64,000 nucleotides of DNA from Geosiphon pyriformis uo1 (taxonomy: Eukaryota; Fungi; Glomeromycota), in the NCBI GenBank assembly GCA_016748015.1, contig JAAOMT010000096.1, forward strand, positions 257,955 through 321,954. The letters run 5' to 3'. Positions 40,451 to 53,225 of the stretch are shown here, piece after piece. The notes under the pieces are model-generated. The model was given only the letters and a program-made list of their open reading frames with translations. It was not told the origin of the DNA and did no database searches. Position 1 is the stretch's first letter; every line of letters starts with the position of its first letter. The position numbers and the translations under genes are program-made.

Positions 40451-40999
40451 ATAATAATTAAGAATTCTTAAAATTAAAACAAAACTTACATATTATTTTT
40501 TAAATAATAATAAGATAAATAATAATAAATTATCTATAAATAAAAATAATATAAATGTCTATTAATATTATAAAAATTATATATTCTATATTTAATATAA
40601 ATATATTTAAAAAATAGTTAGATTATATTTTATTAAAGCAATAAAACAATATAATTATATTAAAATATTTTTAATAAAATGTTTTTTTATTATAGCTTTA
40701 ACAAAATATAATCTTTTTATTATTTATATTAATTGTAATTTAAATAATTATAAGTATAAATTATGTATTTTTAATATATAATTAGTTATCTAAACTTATG
40801 TTAATAAATATTATTTATTTAAAAAATAAAATAAATTTATTATTTTTATTTTATTTAAATGATTTTTAAATATCTATTTATTTTATTATTGTATTTTTAT
40901 AAAATTTTATATTATTATTTTGTAATTTTTAAACAGATTAGTAACCAAATTAGAAATATATTTGATCTGAATTTTTTAAAAAAATAAGTTTCAATATTT

Positions 41000-43900
41000 A
41001 TAATAAAAATTTATATTAACAGTCAATACAAACTTTATATAAAAAACTTAATATTATTCTTAATAATTAATTTCAAACTAAAAAAATTACATAAAAATTA
41101 AAATGCAGTCTTAATATAAATTAATTTTATTTTAATAGTTTTATCAAATATTAAAATAAAAACTTTATTCAAAAAATTTTTAATAGTTAATAAATATTTT
41201 TTAAATGCTATTAAAATCCAATAATATTACTAAAAAACAATAAACTTAAGTATACTAATTTTTGTTTGTTTAAATAAATTCTTAAAATTAAATAACTTAA
41301 TTAGTAAAATTAACTACAATTTAATGTTTTAAACAACTTAATTATATATTAATTAAATTAATTTTTAATAAATATATTATTATTGCTATTATTTAAATAA
41401 TAAAAAACTATTATTACAGTCAAATTTAAATTAAGCATTATAATTAGTATAGTTATAACAAAACTAATATTCTATTTTTTATAAAAAAAACATACTTTAA
41501 ATAAAATAATAATAATAAAAATTATTAAAAAAAAGAGTACTTTTGCTACTAGCTTTTTGTTAAAAGTTTTTGGATTTTAATAATAATAATAATTATTATA
41601 CTAAAATTAACTTTAATTAGTTGCTTTAAATTTTTTTAAATAAAAAAAATTTTTATTTAAAGCCAAAAAAATGTTTTATTAATAACTAAAAATTATTTAT
41701 ATTTTAATTGTTTCTATTTTTAAAAAAGCTTTTTGAGTATTAATATTATTAAAACAATAAAAAAATTAGTTTTTTTACTTTTTGTTTTAATTATAATCAT
41801 AAAATAAAAAAAGTTTTTATTTTAATTATGTATTATTTTATATTTATTATAAATTAAATCAATTTTTTGTTTTTTTTAAATATATTAATAAGTGTAATTC
41901 AATTATTATTTAAACTTATATAATTAAAAAAAACATAAATTAAATACAGTTTATGAATTTTTTATATATAACTAACTATTTAATTTAATTAAGATAAAAA
42001 TTAACTAAAATCATATAAATAGTATTAACAAATATACAACTTAAAAACTAACCACTTTTTTTTACCAAAACCAATTAAAAAACTTTTGTTAAAATTTAAT
42101 TTATAAATATTTTTTTTAATAAACTGAGTAAAAAAACTTATAATATTAATAATCACAAATTTTTTTAAAATAACTAAATTATTTTTTTTATACTTAATCT
42201 TTAATTTAAAATTTAACAACTAAATCTTGCTTTTTTAGTTAAACAAAGCAAAATAAACCAGATTAATAACTTTTAAAAATATATTTTTGGCAATTTATTT
42301 AATTTTTATATAAACAAAAATAATTAAATATTTTTACTTAATTTTTTTATACAAAAAAACATAATTTAAATTATTTTTTCATATTTAAACAAAAAATACT
42401 AAAATATCTTAAATTATATAATTGTTTTTTAATAGCTATAAACAATTTTTTATAAAAAGCTTTTATATTATAAGTTTAAAGATTGAAAATATTTTTGTTA
42501 AATTTAAATCTAATATAAACATTAAAATATTAAACAAAAACTAATTTAACAAAATTTATATCTTTTATTAAGTTTTTATTAATATATTTAATATATTATG
42601 TAAATTTAATATTAATCTTTTATTGATATTTAATTTGCATAATATTATAATATAATTAACCAAGTTATAAAAATTCTTAGCAAAATACTAATTATTATTA
42701 AAAACAATTATATTATTAAATACAAACTATTTTTATTAATTTTAATTAATAATAAACAGTTTAAATTAACTATTTTACAAATCAAATAATTAGTTATCTT
42801 ATTTTTTTTAATTTTAAATTATCTTATCTAAATTTTTTTTTAATAATATTAATAATTTAATATTTTTTGTTTAATATTTTACTTAAAAACTAAGACTATT
42901 ACTTTTTAAATTAAATTTATATATATTTAAAATTATTGGTTATTTAAAATAATAATTATATTTTAAAAAACCAAAACACTTTAAAAACTTTTTATTAAAT
43001 ATTAAAATATCTGAATTGACAAATCTGTTTAATTTATTTTAATATTAAAAAATTTTAAAATATTATATATATTATAATTATCTAATTCTAAATTTTAAAA
43101 ACAAGCAAAATTCAAAAGCAAAATTTTTTCAAAAATATTATTAATAATAAAAACTAAGTTTTTAAAACATAACTTTTTATGTTAATAAAACACTTTTTAA
43201 TTGCAGATTTTTATTTTTTTAAAAAATTATTTAACAAAAATTACATCATATTTTTTTAATTAAATACAAAACTATAAAAACCAAATATTAAAATTGCCTT
43301 TTTAAAATAGTTTTTTTAAACTGAACTTATTTAAATTAAAATCAAAATATATATTAAAATACTAATATAATTTGCCAAATTTAACAACCAAAATTGATAT
43401 ATTTATTATATTTAATTTAATATTCTTAATTTTTTAATAAAAATAATTACTGTTTTATTATTATTGATTAAAATATTATTTATACAAAAAATTAACTTGT
43501 TATTTATAACTTTTTTAAATAATAAAATAGCTATTTTTAACTTAAAAAAAATATTAAATAGAAAATATTTTCAATTTTATCAGTTATAATTACAATTTTT
43601 AAAACAATTTATAATATAAAACTGTGTTTTTATCTCATAAAATATTTTTTAAAAATCCTAAAAATTGTTTTTTAAAACATTTTAACCAATTTACATGTTA
43701 TTAATATATAATTTAAAAACAATTTAAAAGACATTTTTTTGTAAATTCAATTAAAACAATAGAATATGTATTAATTAAAACTTTTTTTATTTATTTAATT
43801 TAAAAATTATTGAAATTTAAATTTTTTTAAAAAATTAACAATAAAACACAAATTTAAAAAATTTAAAAACCAATTTAAAACTTTATTATTTAACAAATTT

Positions 43901-45272
43901 TTTATTATTTTTAACAATTTGTTAAAATTTATTTAGTAGATTATTTTAATAAATATATTATAAATTACATTAATTAAAAGAGTATATTTTTTTTTAAACT
44001 GATAAACAGTTTTTTGAATTATTTTTTTGTTTAATTTTTTATAATTTTATTAAATACTAAAACAATATTGTTTTTATTAATTAAATAATTCAAACCTATT
44101 TTTTAAAAAAAAATATATTTTAAAATACTTTTTATAATATGGTTTTTGTTAATTATACTTATTTTTATATGCTTAAAAATTTTATTTTTAATAATTATTA
44201 ATTAACTTGGTTTTTTGTATTTTAGCAAATTTGGAAATTTTTTTAAATTTAATAAAAACTTTTTTAAAAATAATTAAAATCTACTATTGTTTACTATTTT
44301 ATAACTAAAAACTCAATCAGATTTAAAAACTTTTATATTTTTATTATAAATTTTATTTTCAGTTTTTAAGATTTTAAAATTTTAAATATTAAATACTTTA
44401 ACTTAAAAAATCTTAAAAAGTTTTTGTTTATTGTTATATTATAATTATATAAATAAATATATTTAAAAAAATTTTCTATTGTATTAATTAAAATATTTTT
44501 TAACAAACTTTAAATTACTTAAAGCTTTAGTTTTTAAAAAAATTAGTTAAATATTAGAGTTTTTTATTAAAATTATTTTATTTTATTAATTTTATATTTT
44601 TAACTGTTTTTATTATTTTATTTTTGTTTTTTTTCAATTTAAAAATCCAACAAAATTTTTGAACTTATATTAATTAAACAGTTTAATAATTTTTATTTAA
44701 AGTTGTATTAAAAAGTTTTCTGTTAACAAAAATATACTTAATAGTTTTAAAACTCTCTCAAATAATATTTTATGTTAACAAAATAGTCTTTGGACTTTTT
44801 ATAAAACTTATATGGTGTTTTATTAAATTTTTATTAAATTTTTTAATTTAATTATAATTTATTTACTATTAATCTCTAAAATTTTGCTAATATATTTGAA
44901 TTATATTATTACTTTAAAATTCAAAAACTTTAATATTTTAAAATCTGTTTTTTATTCAAAAATATAATACATTTTTTAGATTAACTTTAATAATAAAAAA
45001 ATTAAATTGCTTATTTTTTATTGTTAACAATATTATTTTGTTTTATAAAATTGTTTTTATTTTAAATATTATTTGTTGCAATTTTTTAATTTAAATTATT
45101 TATAAAAACAATAACTTAATTTAGCATTTAAAAAATTTTATTTAATTATTAAATTTAAAATTGTATTTAAAATCATTAAACTTTTATTTTAAACTAGTTA
45201 ACTTTAAACTATAATTAAAATATTAAATACTTTATTAAAATGCAAATTCAATATTATTTTTATATTTTCATT
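41000..45272 (-). mobile_element. Hypermutated, deleted 'ghost' LINE ORF2 (RT region recognisable)
   Basis: Minus strand 43781..43746 reads VLINTYSIVLIE (cf. VLTNTHPIVLIE at ~48955) and ~43485..43436 reads INNILINNNKTVIIFI (cf. FNDISINNDKTVVIPI at ~49610). DNA differences from the neighbouring LINEs are mostly G>A/C>T. Outer boundaries are approximate. Confidence 0.7.
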
Positions 45273-45426
45273 AAAAATTAGAATAAAAAAAACTTCTTTC
45301 TTTTCTTCGTCCAAAATTCCCAAAAAAGAGTTAAAAGTTTTTCGAAAGAAGTTTTTTATTATTCAGTATGATAAATCAAAACCATTTTTCAATTACAAAG
45401 CCACTGTTGGCTCTGTTATTGCTGTT

Positions 45427-47237
45427 ATGAAGAAGACTGTTAAAGTTTCTGGTTCTGAGAGTGGTTTCAAGATGGTTGCGTCGAGAAAGAAAAGGAAGGG
45501 AGATGTATTGGCAGAAGATATTGATAATAGAGGGGTTGCTGCTGAAGCTTTTGGTGCTTGTTCATAGGGTTCTGAGACAGGTGATACTACTGAGTCTGAA
45601 AGTATTGACATGGAGAAGAAGTGCTTGGTTGAAGAAACCAGTGTTGACTATGGTGAGAATGGTGCTTTCGCAGAAAGAGATCCTAATCAAACACCAAAAG
45701 GTTTGCATGTAATGATCAAAAAGGTGTTAGGGAAGTCTCTGGGTGTGATTAATTATGGTACTGTTAATACAGATGATGACATGTTAGACAATTTTTTTCT
45801 TCTCCTGCCCCCTCTACCTATCAAACTGACCATTAAAGTGCTTGTTCACAAATCTTTTGCTTTAGATATTGATCTTGTGGCCATTGCTGAGAAGTCCTTT
45901 CAGGAAAAATTGAGTTTTATCAGAAAAATTTTTTCAAGTGTGAATGGTTTTGGGGGGGGGCTTCTACTCCCTCAAAATTTGGTAAAATTATTTGTGCAAT
46001 TTTTACTTCAGAAAAGACAATAATGGCTGCTGAGAAGTTGACAAATGATTGTGGTAAATACCAATCTCAAGTGCTCTGTAAACAACTGTATGAATCAGGC
46101 AATTGTGATGAAAGAAATTCCTGTGGGAACTTCCATGGAGGCTGTGCATGCTGCCATGTTTGAGTTTGGATTAATTAAGTCGATCAAGATGCAATTGGTG
46201 GGTCTGTGGCAAAAAGTAATTGTCAAATTAGAAGATCAGAATTAGGCTGATCTCTTGGCATCTAAATGGTCTATCCTCATTGGAAAGAATGCAGTATGTG
46301 TGACCAGGGCCAATGTTGACAAACAGATGTGGAATTCCAGAGATGAATTCAGAGCACTGCTATACACTCTTTCTGTAGGGACAAATGCTCATGACCTTTG
46401 GGATTTTGTTGGTTCGGTTAGTGAGAAAACATGTGTCATTGATTGTAATCCTGTTAGCTATGTCCATGCTTGCTGTGCTACTGTTTGCTTTGGGTCTGAA
46501 TCTGATCTGATTAGTGCAATGATTACAACCCCAGTTATAAAAGGGATTGGTCTTCACTGGTCTTGCCTCTCTTTGGCACTATGCTCAGTCTGCAGTCTTC
46601 TTGGTCATATATCTCTCAATTGTGTTTTAGTTAAGGTTGATTCAACCCTAAAGGGCAGAAAGACACCTCTTTCTGCTCGGGATCAGGTCAGATTGGCGAC
46701 TATCTACACTCAGAAGTCCACGTCCATTTCTCATCCATTGGTCTTCAGTGGTAAGACTTGGGCATCAGTTGTTGGTGCTCCTCTGGAGTGCAGTTTTTAT
46801 GGTGCTGGTTCACTTTTTGGTTCTGACAATATTGGTAAATCTCTCTCTTCTGTTGTGGATGATTTGGAAAAGTGTTTGGTGAATATTGAGAGTGGTCTCA
46901 TCAGCCTTATAGAACAAATTGGTGAGTTGGCTAAGAGGTTGAATTCACTTGTGCTGGCAGTTTTCCAGCCTAGCCCTGAATGTCAACTGCTGGTGACCCC
47001 CCCCCCCCATCACAGAATCAAGGAGAAAATATAGTGATGGAAGTGGGCTTGGGTGAGACCATTGGTGATAAGACTGCTATTGCTACTGCTATGGTAAAAG
47101 ACTTGTCTGCATTCCCCCATATTGTCAAGTTAGAGAATATGTTGAAAGGCCTTACTGCTTCAGTACTGAGTTTGTCTGCTCATTTTGACAGGTTGGTTCT
47201 GGCTGGTAGTATGATTCCACAATCTCCTTTCCAATGA
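45427..47237 (+). pseudogene. LINE A ORF1 (gag-like), disrupted
   Basis: MKKTVKVSGSESGFKMVASRKKRKG...; C-x2-C-x4-H-x4-C knuckle CSVCSLLGHISLNC; coiled-coil-like C-terminal part. Contains in-frame stops and homopolymer frameshifts. Confidence 0.85.
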
Positions 47238-50200
47238 GTGGTATTATTTGGAAAATTGCTACTTGTAATGTTAGAGATATGAATGTTCCTGCTAAACAGA
47301 ATGATATTGTTTGATGGCATAAGAATATGGACAATTTGGTTTCGATTTTTACAAAGACTAAGTTGAAGGATAAGGTTTGTTCATAGATGGCCACCAAATT
47401 TGGTGGTGTTCAAGTTTTCTCTTCTGGTTTGAACTCTGGTTATGTGAGTGCTGGTGTGGCGATTGTCATGAACAACTTTTTGGCTAAACATGTATGTAAA
47501 GTTTCTGAGGTGCCAGGTTGTTTTCTTTGTATCAGATTACTTTTCAAAAATAAACTTTCGGTTTCAATTTTGGGGCTCTATGCTGGTGCCTCCTTGACTG
47601 TCCAATTTTCCCAGGCTGTTGAGATAAATTCTCTGATCGCAAAGGCTGTAAATGAATTTTCTTTTGTTATCCTTGGTGGTGATTTCAACGAAGATGGTTC
47701 TCATAGATGTGCTAACTTTAAGAAATGTTTTGATTTGGATTTAGTGAATTCTCTGGGTAAGAGTTTCTTTGTAAAGACATCCACATGGTATAACTCTCAT
47801 GGTGTTGAAAAAACAATTGATTTTGTTTTTATATCTTCAAATTTGGTTAATGTGGTAGTGGATCGCAGTGTGACTGATGTCTTGGAGCACTTTGATACTA
47901 ATCACAAAGCTGTTACTGTTTCTGTGGAGCTGGGGGGTCTTTTGGATGTACACCTCTCTTCACTCTACAAACAGACAAACAAGAACTGTTAGAAGTTTGA
48001 TGTTAAAGGTGCTGATAATCTGAAATAGTGTGAGTTTAAGGCTGCCTCGGCTGCCAATGCTACTGTGCTTTTGGATGCTTTTGATGTGGCTCAAAGGTTT
48101 TCAGATTTGGATGGATTGTGGAACATTATTCGCAAAACTATGACTTTTTCAGCTGATGTGTCTTTCAAAAAAAAATGGTTTAAGGATTATGATAGTGTTT
48201 TCACTAAAGTGTCTTCTCGGTTCCACAAGTTAGAATTGTTGGTGTCCAAGCTGGTAAAAGCTTCTTATTTAGCTTCCTGTGAGAATTTTGAGTTGCTGTT
48301 GGAAACATGGGACAAACTTGATCCTGTGGGTGCATCAGAGGTAAAGTCCCTGTTTCTCTCGGGTTCTAGTTTTGATGTTGTTCATTCTGTTCTGGCCAAA
48401 ATAAGAAAATCTTACCACTCATCCAAGTGCTGGAGTCCCAGTGGGCTAAAGAATCACGTATTAAGCAAGCTGTTGACAATAGGATGGAGAGTTTTGAGTT
48501 GGATAAGAGTCATATTATCAGAAATGTGTTAGAGTGTCCTTTTCGCAAAGTGGTGTTAGATCATTTGATTGTGGATGATGAGCTGATCTTGGAGCCTAAG
48601 TTGGTTAAATCTAAGGTAGATAAGATAATAGAAGGATGAACTCAGAAGTGTCTGACTTTTCAGATGATTGGAGTCATTAATATAAGCTCTTGGATTATGT
48701 TTTTGATGGTGCTTTTTCTGATGTAATGTGCATAATTGGTTTTGATGAAATGTTGGCTGTTGTTTCAAATCTGCCTGATGGAAAAGCAGCTGGTCTCTCT
48801 GGCATTTCAAATAAATTGTGGAAGCACTGTAACAAATCAGTTTTGGATATGCTTTTAGTGCTCTTGAATTGTTGCTTGGTTTGTAAGTCTGTTCCTGGTC
48901 CTTGAAGGGAGGCCTGGATCTCAATGATTCCTAAACCATATGAGTGGAAGGGTGTTCTTACAAACACCCATCCCATTGTATTGATAGAAACAGCCTGCAA
49001 GATTTTTTCCAAGATTCTCTCGGACAGGATTTCTTTAGCTTGCAGCAAGTTTGATGTTCTTTGTGGTGATAACTTCTCTGTTTTGAAAGGTATGACGACA
49101 CAGTCCCTCATTTTTGCCATTGGTTCTGTGGTTAAAGATGCTTTGGAAAAGAATCGGGAGCTGTGGCTGGTTTTACAAGATATGCATAAGGCCTATGATT
49201 CTGTTGGTTGGGTACATCTCAGAAGGAGTTTAGTTAGGATCAAAATGTGTGACAGGTTCATTAAATTTTTTGGTGGAATTCACAATGGTCATATCAACAG
49301 GATGATGACTGACTTTGGTTTGACTAATAGATATTATATTCATGATGGTTTGGATCAGGGAGAAGTTTTCTCACCTCTTTTGTGGTGCATTTTCTATGAT
49401 CCACTTTTGTGTGAGGTCAAGTGACAAGAGAGTGTTTGTGAATACAGGTTAAATTCTCATTTTATTTCCAAAACTGGCCAGGCTGAATCTCAGGCTGGGT
49501 TGACTTTATTTTTTACAGCAAGTGCTTTTGTTGATGATACCATATGAGTTGGTAGTAGCCAGGCCGCTACACAGCACATACTCAATATAGCTAGTGAGTT
49601 TTTTGAATTTAATGACATTTCTATTAACAATGATAAGACTGTGGTTATTCCCATCAACTGTTGGGTCGAGTTCTTATATCTAACTGTCAGTGGTTCACCA
49701 ATTTTTATCACCAAAAAGGGAGAATCTCACCATTATTTGGGCATTTTTTTGTCATCTAAGGGTTTGTTGAAACCTAGTTTGGCTAAGGCTCATTTGGACA
49801 TTCAATTTTTTGTTAATCTTGTCATGAAAAAGACAATTTTGGATAAGCAGTTTGTGTATTTGGTGTCCACAGTTCTCTTTCTGATTGTTGGCTACAGGAC
49901 TCAGTTCAGCTATATTCTTCTTAGTGTGTATAATAAGTGAGATGTTTTAATTCAAAAGGATCTGAAATCTAAATCTGGCCTTCCACATGACTTTCCGAGT
50001 GATGCAATCTATCATCCTTCTTTGTATGGTTTAAAATTTTTTGAGCAGATCCAGGCTAAAAACAAATCTGCTTCTGTGGTTTCCTTTGCTAATTCAGTTG
50101 GAATCTTAGATTGGTTGTTTTCTCACAGGTCTCATGATTTTCAGGTTCTCAGTTGGTGTCCTCATTACCCTTTGGTGTTCCTGACTTGTATTGGCATCAC

Positions 50201-51882
50201 CCTTTCAAATAGTTTTTTGGCTGGTGTAGTCCATATTTTTTCTGGATGTGATTTGTCTTTAGACAATTCTCCGTCCTATGTTTTTTGTTCTCAGTAAGCC
50301 AAATTTTCTCAAATGTGTCTTCTTGCTCAAGCATTATGGTATTGCATTTGTGGAACAGCTACGTGATCGAAATGGTGTTGTTTTTAGTTGGAAAGCTTTC
50401 AAGCGTTGGAAGAGGCTGGATTTCTGTGGACCTGTTTCTTTATGGTTTGATCTCTCTGTTCATTTTTTCAGTGGTGCTGTGCCTTCTTCTGTTGACTCTT
50501 TGCTTGGAGAAAGTTGTGCCTTATTTGATGTTTGTCAATCTCGCAGTTTTGGTGTTGTTTGTAACAATTTGTTGGTTATTAACATAGCTTGCCTTTCTGT
50601 GTATATGGACAGGTCTCTGAGTGGTTTAGGAACTCGTGATATAAAGGCTGGTGCTGCTGTTTTTTTTGAGAACATTAATTCAGATTTGGGCATGAGCATG
50701 TCCAGTATGATTTCTTCTATAATAGTGGAGTTGCAAGCTATCTTCTTGGCTCTTGAGTGTGTCCTCTCTTTTTGTTCAGTTAACTTGTTCTCAGACAGCC
50801 AGGCTGCTTTGGATGCTTGCAAGTCTGAGTCTCTGCTGGTTTGTCCAGATTTTAGAAATCAGTATTGGATTGAATGTCACCATATTGTTAACATTATTCG
50901 TTGAAAAAATTTGGATGTGAATTGGATCAAAGTTAAAGGTCATTTGGGTATCCTAGGCAATGTGCAGACTAATGCATTTGCTAAGAATGCTGTCTCTTCT
51001 TCTTGGCAGCTGCCCCATATAGTTGGTGAATGTTTTTTGAAGACTGGTAGTACTGCAATATTTGGTAATTTGAAACGTTTTGTCTGTGGTGTTTTCCAGT
51101 CTGTTCATTGAGCACATTGAGAGATTGGCTCTGGTTCTGGGGTTGTAGTGAATAGTTTGTAGGATGAGATTGATTGGTCCAAGTCTTTTTTGGTATGGCA
51201 CCCAAATTCTCACATGGCTGCTGGTTTTACTAGTGTGCAAACGGCTGGCTTTTGGACATATTTCATGAAGACCCTGCACTGTCATCTTCTTGTTGCTGTG
51301 CATAAGCACCTTTATAATAAGTATTACCCTAGTGTGGTTTGTTTGTTCTGTGGCAATATCGAGGTTTTGAACCATGTCTTTTCCTGTTTTTTTGAGGCTG
51401 CTGGTCATGCTCAATTGATGGACATTCATGTGGATGCCTGGGCGGCACGTTCTGGTTTGTCTCATTCTTCTTTGTGTGTTTCTCAGTTGTTGTCGACTTG
51501 CATCTTCAATGTGACAATTGGTATGGCTCTGTATAAGGGCTTTGTTTTCAATGATTTGTATCATGAGTCTGTTTCTGTTTACAAGGATCCTAAGGTGGTG
51601 GTCTTTAATGTTGTGAATTTTGTTTACAAGTTTTGCCTTGCATTCCATGATAAAATCTGGCTGGTCTATGCGAGACACTGGGCCATTATGGAGAAAAATA
51701 GGCTGATTCTACATGATGGCTCTGTCCCTGTTTCCGTTTCTGGTTTTGCTTCCCGATTTTTGGCTGGTGTAATTAGGTTGTTAGGTGTTGCTGATGCACT
51801 CGGCATTAGTTTTAGGTTTCACAAGCCTTGTTTATTTTTTGCAGGTATAAGTGACATGGTTTCTGTTGGTATAAATGTATAG
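47234..51882 (+). pseudogene. LINE A ORF2 (APE endonuclease, reverse transcriptase, RNase H, CCHC), disrupted
   Basis: APE: KIATCNVR, GGDFN, TW..IDFVF, DTNHKAV. RT: PIVLIET, DMHKAYDSV, GLDQGEVFSPLLW, AFVDD, YLG. RNase H: VYMDRS..GAAVFF..ELQAI..FSDSQAAL..KVKGHLG..GN. C-terminal CLFCG..E..NHVFSC. Confidence 0.92.
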
Positions 51883-53225
51883 TGTTGTTCTGACTGGTCT
51901 GAGTGGCTGGTCATATATAGGAAAAGCATGATTCATGCCCAGTTTAGATCATTTGAATGATGTATAGTTCTAAGTAGCATTTGGACTTCACTTGTTAAAA
52001 GAAGGAAAAAAAAAAAATTAGAATTAAATTATATATTATTATAAAAAAAACAAATTAACAAAAACTATTTTGGCTACAAATAATATAAAAAATATTAATA
52101 TATTTATCTAATTAATTGGTAATTTAAAATTATATTTAAGCTTATATATTTTCGAATTTAAAATAAAAAAAAAGAATTTAAATTAAACAAAAAAACACTA
52201 AATTAAAAACTTTTTTTGTATTTTTATTTATTAATCAAGTTCAAGTTTTTTTATAAAAAGTAATAAAACAATTAATAAAAACAGTTTTCTTGATATAAAT
52301 TTTAATAAAATTTTGTTTGTTAATATTAAACAAATATTTTTTGGACTAAGTTGTTTTTTTTTAGCAAAATTATATTTTTAATTAAAACAAATAATGACAT
52401 ATTAATTTTTACATAAATAAAATTTTTTTATTAATAATATATATATTTTTATTTATAAAAACCAAAATGTTTTACAAATTAGGTTTTTTAACAAATATAT
52501 AATAAAACATTATATATTTTTTAACTTATAATACTTTATTTATATTAACTTTTACAATATACAATATATATTTTTAATTAAAATAGATTATTTAAAAGTT
52601 ATTAAATTAATTTAATTTAATTGTGCATATTTATAAAACTTAATTAAATTTAAAAAATAGCTTTTATAATTTCTTAAAAATATTGATTAAAAAATACTTT
52701 TTAATTTATATAAAAATTTATGTGCTTAAAATTATTATTTAAAATTATATTATTTCTTATAATTAACATTTATATTTTAGTTAATTTAATATAAATATAA
52801 TTTTAAGAAAATAGAAATTTTTTAATACAAATATTTTTTTTAAAAAAAATATTTAATAATAATATTTATATTAAAATTTTAAACTTTAATTATTTTAATA
52901 AATTTTTTAAAAAAATTGGTTTTAATATTTTTTATATTAAATTTTTTAAGCTATTAAAAATTTTTTTTTATTACAAAAATATTTTTTATATTATTAATTT
53001 TAATTTTAATTGTTTTATTTTTACTTATTTTATAGTTATTATTAAAACTTTTACTTTTTTAATATTATTTATTTATTTAGCTATAAGTAATTATTTTTTT
53101 TTTTAAAATTTAACAAGTAAAATTCAAATATCACCTAGTATAATACATTATACAAATGATTTAAACTAAGTGTAAATTATGCATTTTCTATATATAACCA
53201 GTTACTTAGATTAATCAGGACAATA

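Larger units (their letters stand above)
45285..52012 (+). mobile_element. Full-length, inactivated non-LTR retrotransposon (LINE A)
   Basis: Pyrimidine-rich 5' leader, ORF1 with CCHC knuckle, ORF2 APE-RT-RNaseH-CCHC, 3' UTR and A-tail (~51997-52017). TSD AAAAATTAGAAT at 45273-45284 and 52013-52024, preceded by TT (an L1-type TT/AAAA site). Confidence 0.95.
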
